From Terrimicrobiaceae bacterium (GTDB taxonomy: Bacteria; Verrucomicrobiota; Verrucomicrobiia; Chthoniobacterales; Terrimicrobiaceae), in assembly GCA_044342325.1 (NCBI GenBank), contig JBIIPZ010000028.1, positions 1-45,791 on the forward strand: a stretch of DNA of 45,791 nt, read 5' to 3'. Position numbers and translations under genes: made by a program. Each line of letters opens with the position of its first letter. Within the stretch, counting starts at the first letter, position 1. The notes below the pieces were generated by a model. That model saw only the letters and a program-made list of their open reading frames with translations, was not told the DNA's origin and did no database searches. This document shows positions 15,647-26,756 of this stretch, piece after piece.

Positions 15647-17692
15647 ATGACGATTGTTCTCCGACTCGCTCTGGCTCTTGTTTTTTTGCTTTTTGCTAGG
15701 TCGCCGGTTTCGGCGCAGCTTTACGATGGCAAGACGCTGGTTAAGGCCAGTCTGCTGGCTGATACGACGGCGATTGTTCCCGGGCAGCCGTTCCAGGTTG
15801 GCCTCTTGCTGGAAATGGCGCCCAGTTGGCACACTTACTGGGAATACAGCGGTGATTCTGGACTGCCCACTACGATTGACTGGCGCCTGCCGCCGGGCTT
15901 TGAGGCCGGTGCGATCCAGTGGCCTGTGCCGGAGGCGAAGGTCGAACCGGGCGACATTCAGGTTTACGCTTACAGCGGGCGCGTGTTGCTTCTCACGACG
16001 ATCACTCCGCCGCGCGATGCGTCTGGAGATGTTACTCTGCAGGCCGCTGCCTCTTGGCTTGTTTGCGCAGAGATTTGCGTGCCGGGCGGAGCTGAACTGG
16101 AGCTGACGCTTCCTGTTGGAAATTCGGCCGCGCCTGCAAATGCTGCGCTCTTTGAAGAATTCCGCTCTCGGTTGCCCTCAAAAGAAGCGCCGCCCTTCGA
16201 TCTGGTATGGAAACGCACGGGGGATGTCCTCGCGCTACAAATCAAAGGAGTGCCCGCCGCCACGCCGCTTGCGCTCTATCCGCTGCCCGCAAAAGACCAA
16301 ATTGTGGACCATCCCGCATTTGAGGCTCCAGACACGCTGACCATCAAGGCTGCGAGTCCCTTCACCGGGGTGCTTTCGGCGGGTGAAGGCCCTGCTCGGC
16401 GGGCATGGTTTGTTTCGGACACGGCTTCCGCGGAAGCTGCCATCACCAGCCAGTCATCTACCCTGTCGCTTTGGGGCGCTCTGTTTTACGGATTCCTTGG
16501 AGGGCTCATTCTGAATCTCATGCCGTGCGTGTTGCCTGTGATTTCGTTGAAAATCTTCGGCTTCATCAATCAGGCCGGAGACTCACGACGCAGCATTCTT
16601 TTTCATGGACTCGCCTTCGCTGCGGGCATCTTTGTTTGGTTCCTCGGACTCGCAGCTGTGATCATCGGCCTGAAGTCGGGTGGCACCGAGGTGACATGGG
16701 CGTTTCAGTTTCAAAATCCATGGTTCAATGTGGTCATCGGCTCCGTGGTGTTTGTCTTCGCGCTGAACCTGGCCGGTGTTTTCGAATTCGTTCTCCCCGG
16801 CCGGGCTTCGAATGCGATGGAATCCGCCGGCTCGACCAGCGGGCTCGCGGGCTCATTTTTCCAAGGCGTCTTCGCCACGCTTCTGGCGACGCCCTGCACA
16901 GCGCCATTCCTGGGTAGCGCGCTGGGATTCGCTTTTAGTCAATCGGCAGCTGTCATCCTCGCCATGTTCGCAGCGGTAGCATCCGGCATGGCGCTGCCCT
17001 ACCTCATCTTGAGTGCGAGTCCCGGATGGCTGAAATTCCTCCCGCGCCCCGGCGTTTGGATGGAACGCCTCAAGCAATTCATGGCTTTCCCGCTTCTTGC
17101 CACGCTCGTCTGGATTCTCTCCATACTTGGCGGGCAACGCGGCACGGATGGCGTGATTTGGTTCTGTGCGTTTCTCCTCTGTCTGGCCTTCGCCTGCTGG
17201 ATTCTCGGCTCCTTCTGCGGACCGCTTGCATCTCGCGCAAAACAAACCATAGCCCTCCTCTTCATCTTAGCCACACTCGGGCTCGGGGGATGGTATTTCC
17301 TCGGGAAAAAATTCGCCCATGTCGGCCTAGAAACGATGGATCGTATCGCGTGGGTTCCGTTTTCAAAGGCACGGGTTGAAGAAGAGCTTGCAGCCGGTCG
17401 CTCCGTCTTTGTCGATTTCACTGCCGACTGGTGCATCACCTGCAAATTCAACGAGCGCACCGCAATCGACACCCAGACCATCCGTGCCCTCCTCAAAGAA
17501 AAAAACATCACGCCCATCAAAGCGGATTGGACGAACGCAAATCCCGAAATTACAGCCGCCCTCAAAAGCTTTGGCCGCGTGGGGGTGCCTTTGTATGTGA
17601 TTTATGCTGCATCTGATCCCCAAGCGCCCGTTGTTTTGCCTGAGCTTCTGACGGAATCCCTCCTCACCGAAGCGTTGAAGAAAATCCCGTAG
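15647..17692 (+). CDS. dsbD: Thiol:disulfide interchange protein DsbD family (N-terminal domain + TM + thioredoxin)
   Basis: WHTYW, WLVCAEICVPG, LNLMPCVLPV, ATPCTAPFLG, DFTADWCITC, GVPLYVIY. Start placed at MTIVLRLAL. Confidence 0.92.
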   Translation: MTIVLRLALALVFLLFARSPVSAQLYDGKTLVKASLLADTTAIVPGQPFQVGLLLEMAPSWHTYWEYSGDSGLPTTIDWRLPPGFEAGAIQWPVPEAKVEPGDIQVYAYSGRVLLLTTITPPRDASGDVTLQAAASWLVCAEICVPGGAELELTLPVGNSAAPANAALFEEFRSRLPSKEAPPFDLVWKRTGDVLALQIKGVPAATPLALYPLPAKDQIVDHPAFEAPDTLTIKAASPFTGVLSAGEGPARRAWFVSDTASAEAAITSQSSTLSLWGALFYGFLGGLILNLMPCVLPVISLKIFGFINQAGDSRRSILFHGLAFAAGIFVWFLGLAAVIIGLKSGGTEVTWAFQFQNPWFNVVIGSVVFVFALNLAGVFEFVLPGRASNAMESAGSTSGLAGSFFQGVFATLLATPCTAPFLGSALGFAFSQSAAVILAMFAAVASGMALPYLILSASPGWLKFLPRPGVWMERLKQFMAFPLLATLVWILSILGGQRGTDGVIWFCAFLLCLAFACWILGSFCGPLASRAKQTIALLFILATLGLGGWYFLGKKFAHVGLETMDRIAWVPFSKARVEEELAAGRSVFVDFTADWCITCKFNERTAIDTQTIRALLKEKNITPIKADWTNANPEITAALKSFGRVGVPLYVIYAASDPQAPVVLPELLTESLLTEALKKIP

Positions 17693-17775
17693 CGTCGGCG
17701 CGGCAGGATTCGCGTGGCCCTTTTGTTTGGATAGGGGCTTGATTCTTTGAAAGCCATTTCCCAGTTTGTGGGTTT

Positions 17776-18951
17776 ATGAAACGGAACATTCTCTCTCGTG
17801 TCGATTTCGGGTCGCTTTCATGGAGTGCGTTGACGGCGGTCATGGTTTGCGGGTTGTTATTTTCGGGATGCAAAAAGAAGGACTCGGCTGGGAATCCAAA
17901 CGAAATAGTCATTGGCGAATTTGCCTCGCTCACTGGTGCCACGGCGAGTTTCGGGCAGTCCGCCCACAAGGGCGTGCGCATGGCGGTCGATGAGGCGAAT
18001 GCCAACGGCGGTGTGCTTGGAAAAAAACTGCGCCTTGTCACCGAGGACGATCAGTCCAAAGCGGGTGAAGCGGCGACTGTCGTGCGGCGCATGATCTCGC
18101 GTGAAAAACCGGTTGCCATCATTGGAGAGGTCGCCTCGTCGCGCTCGCTGGAAGCCGCTCCGATCTGCCAGCAGAACAAAATCCCGATGATCTCTCCCGC
18201 CTCGACAAATCCTAAGGTCACGGAGACCGGCGACTACATTTTCCGCGTCTGTTTCATCGATCCGTTCCAAGGCGCCGTGCTTGCAAAATTCATGCTCCAG
18301 CGCGGATGGAAGAACGCCGCGATCCTCACCGATGTGAAGCAAGATTACGCCGTGGGCCTCACGGATTTCTTCAAGGACTACTTCACGAAAAACGGCGGCA
18401 CCATTGTGAGCGAACAGAGCTACAGCTCGGGCGATAAGGATTTCAAGGCCCAACTCACCTCCATCCGCAGCACCAATCCTGAGGCCATTCTTGTGGCGGG
18501 CTATTACAACGAAGCCGGGCTCATTGCCAGCCAGGCAAGGGAATTGGACATCAAAGTCCCGCTCCTCGGAGGAGACGGCTGGGACTCGCCATCACTCGTC
18601 GAAGTCGCGGGGGATGCCATGGAGGGGAATTTTTTCTCAAATCATTTTTCAGCGGAGGACAAGTCACCCGCAGTTCAGGACTTCCTCGCAAAATACAAAG
18701 CCAAATACATCGAGAGTCCGGACGCCATGTCGGCATTGGCCTATGATGCCACGATGCTCCTCTTCGATGCCATGAAGCGTGCCGGGACGACGGAATCCAC
18801 CGCGCTCCGCGATGCGATCGCCTCGACAAGCGGCTTCCCCGCAGTGACCGGCAATATCACGCTTGATGCCAACCGCAATGCCAGCAAGTCCGCCGTGATC
18901 CTCCAGATACAGAACGGGAAATTCCGCTTTGTCGAAACCGTGGCGCCCTGA
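17776..18951 (+). CDS. livK: Branched-chain amino acid ABC transporter substrate-binding lipoprotein
   Basis: Lipobox LFSGC, SLTGATASFG, SPASTNP, FRVCFID, GGDGWD. Confidence 0.9.
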   Translation: MKRNILSRVDFGSLSWSALTAVMVCGLLFSGCKKKDSAGNPNEIVIGEFASLTGATASFGQSAHKGVRMAVDEANANGGVLGKKLRLVTEDDQSKAGEAATVVRRMISREKPVAIIGEVASSRSLEAAPICQQNKIPMISPASTNPKVTETGDYIFRVCFIDPFQGAVLAKFMLQRGWKNAAILTDVKQDYAVGLTDFFKDYFTKNGGTIVSEQSYSSGDKDFKAQLTSIRSTNPEAILVAGYYNEAGLIASQARELDIKVPLLGGDGWDSPSLVEVAGDAMEGNFFSNHFSAEDKSPAVQDFLAKYKAKYIESPDAMSALAYDATMLLFDAMKRAGTTESTALRDAIASTSGFPAVTGNITLDANRNASKSAVILQIQNGKFRFVETVAP

Positions 18952-18963
18952 TCCCAAAACTTC

Positions 18964-19893
18964 GTGGACTGGGCGAATCTCACGCAGCAACTCATCAACG
19001 GCCTCTCGCTGGGCGCTATCTATGCCCTCATCGCCCTCGGATACACGATGGTTTACGGCGTGCTGCGCTTCATCAACTTTGCACACGGCGATGTCTTCAT
19101 GATCGGTGCCTTCGCCGGTCTGTATGTGCACCGGTGGCTGAAGCCATTTTTTCAATGGATGCCGGAGTTCCTCTCCGCTTTGGTTGTGCTCTTGCTGGCG
19201 ATGGGCATTTGCGCAGCGCTGGGAATTCTGATCGAAAAACTCGCCTACAAGCCACTCCGCCAACGGTCACGCCTCACGGTGCTTATCACCGCCATCGGCG
19301 TGTCGCTCCTGCTCTCCTACGGCGCGCAACTCCTCTTCGGCGCGGCTCCGAAAGGCTTTCCGCAGTTGATCAAAAATGAAACTCACGACCTGCCGGGAGC
19401 TGTCTCCATCACCACGGAGCAGATTGTCGTGCTTGTGGTGACGCTCCTGCTTTTGATTTCCCTCCGTTTTATTGTCCAAAAAACCCGCATGGGCCTTGCG
19501 ATGCGTGCGCTGTCAAACAACCCGACCGCTGCCTCGCTCATGGGAGTGAACACGGATGCTGTCATCTCCTTCACCTTCGGCTTGGGATCCGCCTTGGCAG
19601 CAGCGGCCGGGATTTTCTTCGCCATGCTTTACCAGGCTATCGACCCATTCATGGGCATATTGCCGGGCATCAAAGCGTTCGTCGCCGCAGTGCTCGGCGG
19701 CGTCGGCAATATCGCCGGAGCCGCTCTGGGAGGCTTTCTGATCGGCCTCGTGGAAACACTTGTTGTGGGATACAGCAAAAACATTGGCATTCCACCCGGC
19801 TTCCGGGATGCCGTGGCCTTTGTGATTCTGATTCTGATCCTCATGTTCAAGCCAGCCGGACTCCTTGGGAAATCCGAGCGCGAGAAAGTCTGA
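18964..19893 (+). CDS. livH: BCAA ABC transporter permease
   Basis: YALIALGYTMVYG, INFAHG, KAFVAAVLGG; GTG start. Confidence 0.95.
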   Translation: MDWANLTQQLINGLSLGAIYALIALGYTMVYGVLRFINFAHGDVFMIGAFAGLYVHRWLKPFFQWMPEFLSALVVLLLAMGICAALGILIEKLAYKPLRQRSRLTVLITAIGVSLLLSYGAQLLFGAAPKGFPQLIKNETHDLPGAVSITTEQIVVLVVTLLLLISLRFIVQKTRMGLAMRALSNNPTAASLMGVNTDAVISFTFGLGSALAAAAGIFFAMLYQAIDPFMGILPGIKAFVAAVLGGVGNIAGAALGGFLIGLVETLVVGYSKNIGIPPGFRDAVAFVILILILMFKPAGLLGKSEREKV

Positions 19894-19897
19894 TGCC

Positions 19898-20848
19898 GTG
19901 AAGAAGCACATCGCACACCTTGCCCTTGCCGCTGGTTTGGCTGCCAGCGTGGCTCTCTATGCTATCGCGCCGCAGTTGGACGATTATGCGGTGAACATCC
20001 TTGTGCTGGCCGGTATCAACATCATTCTCGCAGTGAGCCTCAATCTGGTGAACGGCCACACCGGCCAGTTCTCGCTGGGGCACGCCGGTTTCATGGCCGC
20101 AGGTGCTTACACATCGAGCATCATCACGCTCACGCTTGCGCCTTTTCTCGCGTCCGCGCCCGCTTGGCAGACCCAAGCCGCTTTCTTTGCAGCCCTGCTT
20201 GCAGGCGGTCTCTTTGCCTCCTTCTGCGGCTTCCTTGTTGGTGTGCCATCCCTCCGGCTGCGTGGCGACTACCTCGCCATCGTCACCCTTGGGTTCGGAG
20301 AAATCATACGCGTTGTCATTCAAAACACGAATGCACTCGGTGGCGCACGCGGCCTCGAGGGCATTCCCCCCTACACGAATCTGCTCTGGACCTTTGGTAT
20401 CGCCACAGTGGCCATCTATGTTGTGGCGAGCCTGGTCAACTCGACCTATGGACGCGGGTTCATCTCGGTGCGCGACGACGAAATCGCTGCCGAGGCCATG
20501 GGCATCAACACCACGAAATACAAGGTCGCGGCTTTCGTCATCGGTGCCTTCTTCGCCGGCCTCGCCGGTGGCCTCTATGCCCACTTTATTAGCTACATCG
20601 CGCCTGAAGGCTTCAATTTTCTGAAATCGGTGGATGTCGTCGTGATGGTTATTCTCGGCGGCATGGGGAGCACTCCGGGAGTCGCCGCTGCCGCCGTTTT
20701 GCTGACCTTGATGAACGAGCTCCTGCGCGATTTCGAGCAATACCGGATGATCGTTTTTGCGCTTTTGCTGATCGTTTTGATGATCGTCCGCCCGCAGGGT
20801 CTGCTGGGAAATTTTCAGCGCAGAAAAAGAAAGGCCCCCCAGCCATGA
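19898..20848 (+). CDS. livM: BCAA ABC transporter permease
   Basis: GQFSLGHAGF, LRLRGDYLAIVTLGFGEI, VILGGMGS; GTG start inferred. Confidence 0.95.
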   Translation: MKKHIAHLALAAGLAASVALYAIAPQLDDYAVNILVLAGINIILAVSLNLVNGHTGQFSLGHAGFMAAGAYTSSIITLTLAPFLASAPAWQTQAAFFAALLAGGLFASFCGFLVGVPSLRLRGDYLAIVTLGFGEIIRVVIQNTNALGGARGLEGIPPYTNLLWTFGIATVAIYVVASLVNSTYGRGFISVRDDEIAAEAMGINTTKYKVAAFVIGAFFAGLAGGLYAHFISYIAPEGFNFLKSVDVVVMVILGGMGSTPGVAAAAVLLTLMNELLRDFEQYRMIVFALLLIVLMIVRPQGLLGNFQRRKRKAPQP

Positions 20849-21621
20849 GCGACCTGCTGAAGCTGGAGCAGGTCACCATGGAATTCGGCGGCCTGCGCGC
20901 CGTCGGCGATCTGGATTTTCACATCGCCCCGCAGGAGATGGTCGGCCTCATTGGCCCAAACGGGGCCGGGAAGACGACGGTCTTCAACATCATCACCGGC
21001 GTTTACAAACCCACGCGCGGGGCGATTCACTTCAATGGCGTCTCGCTCCACGACAAGAAGGCCAACCGCATCACCGCGCTCGGCATTGCCCGCACATTCC
21101 AAAACATCCGCCTCTTCGGTTCGCTCAGTGTTTTCGACAATGTCCGCACGGCCATGAATGGACGGCTTCGCCATGGCATCATCCACTCGCTCACGCGGGG
21201 GCCGGCATTCCGTGCCGAGGAGGAACGGATTCGCGGTGAAGTTCTCGCGCTTTTGGATATTTTTGGACTCAAAGATGATGCCGACAGGCAGGCGACAGAT
21301 CTGCCCTACGGCGACCAGCGGCGCTTGGAAATCGTGCGCGCCCTAGCCACTGGCCCACAGTTGCTCCTCTTGGACGAGCCTGCCGCTGGCATGAATCCCA
21401 CGGAAAAAGTCCGCCTCATGGAGTTGATCCACTTTGTTCAGGAAAAATTCCGCATCGCCGTGCTTTTGGTGGAACACGACATGCGCGTCGTCATGGGGGT
21501 TTGCCAACGGATCGTTGTTCTCGACCACGGCCAGAAAATCGCCGAAGGCACGCCGCAGGCTATTCAACGCGATCCCAAGGTCATCGAAGCCTATCTGGGG
21601 GAGGATGCTCACCATGCTTGA
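20845..21621 (+). CDS. livG: BCAA ABC transporter ATPase
   Basis: GPNGAGKTT, ARTFQNIRLF, LPYG, LLLDEPAAG, EHDM. Confidence 0.95.
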   Translation: MSDLLKLEQVTMEFGGLRAVGDLDFHIAPQEMVGLIGPNGAGKTTVFNIITGVYKPTRGAIHFNGVSLHDKKANRITALGIARTFQNIRLFGSLSVFDNVRTAMNGRLRHGIIHSLTRGPAFRAEEERIRGEVLALLDIFGLKDDADRQATDLPYGDQRRLEIVRALATGPQLLLLDEPAAGMNPTEKVRLMELIHFVQEKFRIAVLLVEHDMRVVMGVCQRIVVLDHGQKIAEGTPQAIQRDPKVIEAYLGEDAHHA

Positions 21622-22333
21622 GATTCGGAATCTCCATGTCAGCTACGGAGGCATCGCCGCGCTTCATGGCATCTCGCTCGAAGTTCCTGCCGGGAGCATC
21701 GTGACACTCATCGGCGGCAACGGAGCCGGAAAATCCAGCACTCTGCGCGCGATTTCGGGTATCGCCAAGGTTGCAAGCGGGTCGATTATTTTTGAGGGGC
21801 GGGACATCACCAACAAGCCCGCCCACGAAATCGTCGCCCTTGGCTTGGCCCACTCGCCTGAGGGACGCATGGTCTTTTCAAATCTCACTGTCCTCGAGAA
21901 TTTGCACATGGGCGCGCATCTGCGCCGCGACCGACAGGCCATTTCCTCGGACCTGGAGCGCATTTTTACTTTGTTCCCCAGATTGAAGGAACGCCTCCAA
22001 CAAGCCGCTGGAACGCTCAGCGGCGGGGAGCAGCAGATGCTCGCCATCGCCCGCGCCCTCATGTCGAAGCCGAATTGCCTCCTCCTTGACGAACCCTCGC
22101 TGGGCATCGCGCCGATTCTCGTCCAAACGATTTTTTCCCGCATCTTGGAGATCAACCGCGAGCTCGGCCTCACCATCCTGCTCGTGGAACAAAATGCCAA
22201 CCTCGCGTTGCGCATCGCCAGCCACGGCTATGTCTTGGAAACCGGTCGCATTATTCTCAACGACACCACCGAAAGCCTTCGCACTAACCCCGCCGTCCGC
22301 TCCGCCTACCTCGGCGAAGAGCATGCTCCTTGA
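21614..22333 (+). CDS. livF: BCAA ABC transporter ATPase
   Basis: GGNGAGKS, LSGGEQQM, LLDEPSLG, LVEQNA. Confidence 0.95.
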   Translation: MLEIRNLHVSYGGIAALHGISLEVPAGSIVTLIGGNGAGKSSTLRAISGIAKVASGSIIFEGRDITNKPAHEIVALGLAHSPEGRMVFSNLTVLENLHMGAHLRRDRQAISSDLERIFTLFPRLKERLQQAAGTLSGGEQQMLAIARALMSKPNCLLLDEPSLGIAPILVQTIFSRILEINRELGLTILLVEQNANLALRIASHGYVLETGRIILNDTTESLRTNPAVRSAYLGEEHAP

Positions 22334-22677
22334 TTCATTGGCTTTTTTCAAAAACACCCATCAAAATAGAAAAGTCGAGAATTCCTAAAAAGAACGTGTT
22401 TTTTCTGTTTTGATCGGATTATCAACGGCAAAAATAGGATAAAACGCGCAAAAACCTAGCGATTTCAAAGGAGGTCATTCATTCCTCCAAGAAATTCAGG
22501 AATCGGTTGGGCGCTCTTTGAGATGCGCGGTAGTTGGGCCTCTCGGGCGCGGAGTTGCCTTTTTTTCCGAAGAACTGGCTTGCCAAGCGGCCTTGTCTCT
22601 TACACTTTCCTCGCCCTTGAAATGAAAAGTCGGCCTGCTGGTTGCGAGGAGCGCCACTTTGTAACAACTTCCCGATC

Positions 22678-25170
22678 ATGTCCAAATCCCTTGTCATTGC
22701 CGAAAAACCCTCTGTAGCCCGCGATCTTGCAAAGTCTCTCGGTAAATTCACCAGTAAGGATGATTTTTTTGAAAATGACTCTTTGGTAATTACTTCTGCT
22801 GTAGGCCATCTTGTCGAACTTTGCCTGCCAAACGAAATGGACAAAAAGCGGGGTAAGTGGAGTTTTGCGAATCTCCCGATCGTTCCTGACCATTTCGATC
22901 TCAAGCCGATCGAAAAAACCGCCTCCCGTCTCAGCCTCATCAAGCGCCTGCTCAAGCGTCCGGACATCACGGAAGTCATCAATGCCTGCGACGCCGGCCG
23001 CGAGGGGGAGTTGATTTTTCATTACATCATCCAGCTCGCGAACTCGAAAAAGCCGACCCGCCGCTTGTGGCTGCAGAGCATGACGACCGAAGCGATCCGC
23101 GAGGGATTTGCGCATTTGCGTGCTGGAAAAGAGATGGTTCCGCTTGCGGATGCCGCTGTTTGTCGCAGCGAAAGTGATTGGCTTGTAGGCATCAATGCCA
23201 CGCGTGCCATGACCGCTTTCAACTCCAAGGGTGGGGGATTCCAACTCACGCCCGTCGGCCGCGTGCAGACGCCGACTCTCGCGATCTTGGCCGAGCGTGA
23301 GGAAAAAATCCGCGCCTTCAAGCCGCGTCCGTATTTCGAAGTTTATGGTGATTTCGGTGTCACCGCCGGCTCATATCGCGGCCGTTGGTTCAGCGAGGGC
23401 TTCAAAAAAGGCGACGACGAGGATGCGAAAGCCGAGCGCATTTGGGATCGCGCCGCAGCTGAGGCGATCGTCGCGAAATGCCAGGGCAAGCCGGGCGTCA
23501 TTACCGAGGAAAAAAAGCCCACCACGCAAGTCGCCCCGCAACTCTACGATCTCACGACACTCCAGCGCGAGGCGAACTCCCGCTTCGGCCTGAGCGCTAA
23601 GCGCACGCTCCAGATCGCCCAGGCGCTCTACGAGAAACACAAAGTCCTCACGTACCCGCGAACCGACTCGCGCTACCTGCCGGACGACAACCTGCCGAAT
23701 GTCAAAAAAATCCTCGCCGGGATTGAGCCTCAGGATCTCGCACAACACGCCCGCTACGCTCTCGACAAAGGATTGATCGGCCTGAACCGCCGCGTTTTTA
23801 ACTCCGCCAAAGTCACCGACCACTTTGCCATCATCCCGACCGGAGTTTCGCCCAAGGCGCTCGATGATTTTGAGTTCAAGATTTACGACATGGTCGCCCG
23901 CCGCTTCGTGGCCGCATTCTATCCCGCTGCGAAATTCGAGGTAACCACTCGCATCACCCGCGTCGAGCAGGAGGCCTTCAAGACCGATGGAAAAATCCTC
24001 ACCGATCCAGGCTGGCTCGCCGTTTATGGCAAGGAAGCCGCTGGTGATGAAGACCAGACTGTCGTGGCGATCAAGGCCGGCGAATCCGCCAAGACCGAAG
24101 CGCTCGAGGTGAAGGAAAATGAAACCCGGCCACCAGCCCGCTTCACCGAAGCCACGCTCCTCTCTGCCATGGAAAGCGCGGGTAAACTCGTTGATGACGA
24201 GGAACTCCGCGAAGCCATGTCGCAGCGAGGTCTCGGCACGCCAGCCACTCGGGCCCAGACGATCGAAGGCCTCATTCTCGACGGATACCTGCTCCGTCAA
24301 GGCCGCGAAATCATCGTGACCTCGAAAGGCCTCGCCCTCATCACCCTCCTACGCGGTCTCGGCATCCAATCCCTCACATCACCCGAAATGACCGGCGAGT
24401 GGGAATTCAAATTGAAGCAAATGGAAGGCGGTGGACTCGACCGCGGACGCTTCATGGACGAAATCCGCGCCTACACCACCGACATCGTCGAGAAGGCCAA
24501 AAATTTCCAAGGCGACACGATCGAAGGAAATTTCGAGGACATCGATGTCACCTGCCCGAAATGCAGCAGCCGGGGTTTCAAAGAATCCTTCAAAGCCTTC
24601 GAGTGCAAAACTGAGGGCTGCGGGGCCATTGTTTGGAAAAACATGTCTGGCCGAAACCTTGAGCGCGAGGAGGTCGAAAAACTACTTACCGAAGGCCGCG
24701 TCGGCCCGCTGGAAGGCTTCCGCAGCAAGATGGGCCGACCGTTCTCCGCCATGGTGCAATTCGACAAAACCGAGGGCAAGCAATCCTTCGACTTCGGTGA
24801 AAATGCCGACTCCGCCGCGAAGATCAATTTTGCGGAACTCCCGAGCATCGGCACCTGCCCCGCCTGCAAAACCGGCACGATCCACGATACCGGCACCGCT
24901 TGGCAGTGCTCGAATGTCGGCAAGTGCAAATTCCGCATGGGGAAATCCCTCTGCCAACGCGAAATCCCGCGCGAGCAAGTCGAAAAAATCCTCACAGTCG
25001 GCAAAACCGATCTCATCCCACGCTTCATCTCCAAAAAAGGCCGACCCTTCTCCGCCTACCTCAAACTCGAAGATGGCAAGGTCACCTTCGAATTCGAGCC
25101 CCGCGAGAAAAAAGCTCCCGCCGCGAAAAAGCCCGCCACACGGAAAAAAGCGGCAACCGCTTCGAAGTAG
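22678..25170 (+). CDS. topB: DNA topoisomerase III (type IA) with C-terminal Cys-containing/Toprim_C-type repeats and a Lys-rich tail
   Basis: [44 protein letters not shown](R/I)SKxGRPFSA repeats. Confidence 0.92.
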   Translation: MSKSLVIAEKPSVARDLAKSLGKFTSKDDFFENDSLVITSAVGHLVELCLPNEMDKKRGKWSFANLPIVPDHFDLKPIEKTASRLSLIKRLLKRPDITEVINACDAGREGELIFHYIIQLANSKKPTRRLWLQSMTTEAIREGFAHLRAGKEMVPLADAAVCRSESDWLVGINATRAMTAFNSKGGGFQLTPVGRVQTPTLAILAEREEKIRAFKPRPYFEVYGDFGVTAGSYRGRWFSEGFKKGDDEDAKAERIWDRAAAEAIVAKCQGKPGVITEEKKPTTQVAPQLYDLTTLQREANSRFGLSAKRTLQIAQALYEKHKVLTYPRTDSRYLPDDNLPNVKKILAGIEPQDLAQHARYALDKGLIGLNRRVFNSAKVTDHFAIIPTGVSPKALDDFEFKIYDMVARRFVAAFYPAAKFEVTTRITRVEQEAFKTDGKILTDPGWLAVYGKEAAGDEDQTVVAIKAGESAKTEALEVKENETRPPARFTEATLLSAMESAGKLVDDEELREAMSQRGLGTPATRAQTIEGLILDGYLLRQGREIIVTSKGLALITLLRGLGIQSLTSPEMTGEWEFKLKQMEGGGLDRGRFMDEIRAYTTDIVEKAKNFQGDTIEGNFEDIDVTCPKCSSRGFKESFKAFECKTEGCGAIVWKNMSGRNLEREEVEKLLTEGRVGPLEGFRSKMGRPFSAMVQFDKTEGKQSFDFGENADSAAKINFAELPSIGTCPACKTGTIHDTGTAWQCSNVGKCKFRMGKSLCQREIPREQVEKILTVGKTDLIPRFISKKGRPFSAYLKLEDGKVTFEFEPREKKAPAAKKPATRKKAATASK

Positions 25171-25200
25171 ATTTCACTCGGCCGGTCAAGCCCGCGCCAT

Positions 25201-26604
25201 TTATTGCAGCAGCTTTTGCCTTAAATCGGCCGGCATGACTGTCGAAGAAAGAACGAACGAGCGCGCAGCATTCGGATCGACTTTTTTCCAGTCGCTCACG
25301 ATCCGGTTCAGCGAACTGCTGAGTCTTGACGGATCAGAAATGCGCGAGGCCCATTGAGCGGCCGTGGCAGGATTCGCCTTGGCTAATTCCACGCTGAAAG
25401 CCGCAGTGGCGACATCCCTCGCCTGCGCATCTTTGATTGAGCCAACCCACTGTGCTGCTTCGGCGGGGTTGGTTTGGCTCCACGATGTCGAGACGGCCGA
25501 GAGAGCTTTATTCCGGAGAGCGCTGTCTGTGATGGATGAAGCCCAACCAGCAGCCGAGCCGGGGTCGAAGGCGGCCCAGCGTGATGACACGCTCCCCACC
25601 AATGAGGATGCATGCGGCTTTGCGGCATCACTCGACAGCCAATTTGCGGCGGCTACCGGATCCATGCTGGAAAATCTTTGCATGGCGGACTGGACAAAAC
25701 CATTGCGAAGCCCAGCATCGGGAATTGCCTGAGCATAATCGATAGCCGCACCGGGATCGCGCGACACCCAATTTCCCGCAAGCTGGCGGAGCGCTTCGCT
25801 GCGAAGTTGCTGCGAGCCTTGCTGCATGATCCAAGCAGCTGTGGCCTCGGGATCCGAATTGGACCATAGATTGACGATCTCGCGTGTGGCAGCCAGTTGC
25901 ACAGGGCCGGCCAGTCCTTCAGCCCATTGCAGGGCGGCATTTAAGTTTCCCTTGGCGAAATGTCTGGCAACGGCGGATGTTGCAACCGTCTGAGCCGATC
26001 CCATCGGAAGTGTGGCGATCGCGCTGGCGGCTTGGGCGGGATTGGTCGAGGACCATGTGCCAAAAATCTGCCCAAGCGCCGTATCCCTCGCCAGTGGAGA
26101 GTCGAGGTTCGCAGCCCATTGCGACGCACCAACGGGGTCGGTTTTTGCCCAGGCCGTGGCGGCTGTTTGCAAAAGACGCGGATTGCCACCCTGAGCGACC
26201 GCATCAGCGGCAAACTGACTTGCGCCAATCGGATCGAGTTTCGACCACTGGGCCACCAGATTTTGCTCCAACTCATCTGTCGCGGCGGTCGCCAGCATGC
26301 CATTCATCTCCTGCAGGCGGGCTTGAACTTCCGGAAGCGTCAGTTTTTCGATTCCTGCGGCCGGATTGGAATGCGGCGCGCTTTTTTGTCCCGTTGTTTT
26401 CGCGCTCTTTGGTGCCGTTTGCGGCTCGTCTCGTTGAGAGTCCAAGGAAACGAATCCTCCGATCTGTTCTTCGATGCGCTCCGCATCACCGCGAAGCGGA
26501 GTTTCTGACGCCTTCAACGCTGATTTAAAAAACGGAACGCCCACCACATAGCCTGCGCAAAAACCAGCTGCGCAAAATAAAACAAAGACGAGTGTTTTTT
26601 TCAT
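25201..26604 (-). CDS. Membrane-anchored helical repeat protein (WxxxDPxxAxxW repeats)
   Basis: N-terminal hydrophobic anchor, then about 11 repeats of ~31 aa. Confidence 0.8.
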   Translation of the reverse strand: MKKTLVFVLFCAAGFCAGYVVGVPFFKSALKASETPLRGDAERIEEQIGGFVSLDSQRDEPQTAPKSAKTTGQKSAPHSNPAAGIEKLTLPEVQARLQEMNGMLATAATDELEQNLVAQWSKLDPIGASQFAADAVAQGGNPRLLQTAATAWAKTDPVGASQWAANLDSPLARDTALGQIFGTWSSTNPAQAASAIATLPMGSAQTVATSAVARHFAKGNLNAALQWAEGLAGPVQLAATREIVNLWSNSDPEATAAWIMQQGSQQLRSEALRQLAGNWVSRDPGAAIDYAQAIPDAGLRNGFVQSAMQRFSSMDPVAAANWLSSDAAKPHASSLVGSVSSRWAAFDPGSAAGWASSITDSALRNKALSAVSTSWSQTNPAEAAQWVGSIKDAQARDVATAAFSVELAKANPATAAQWASRISDPSRLSSSLNRIVSDWKKVDPNAARSFVLSSTVMPADLRQKLLQ

Positions 26605-26756
26605 GGCGGATAAAAACGCGGAGTCCAAATCAAAATCCGGGAAGCATATGTTTTCAAGGGTAATATACTTGGGCTGCCAAGCGCAGTTCCCGCTTGCTAA
26701 AAATGTTCCTATTTGCGCCTGCGAGCATTGTCAGATAGGATTGTCGTTTACCAAAT

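Noticed and set aside
22340..22640. AT-rich livF-topB intergenic region as a possible ncRNA
   Set aside because: No convincing structure or repeat; likely promoter sequence.
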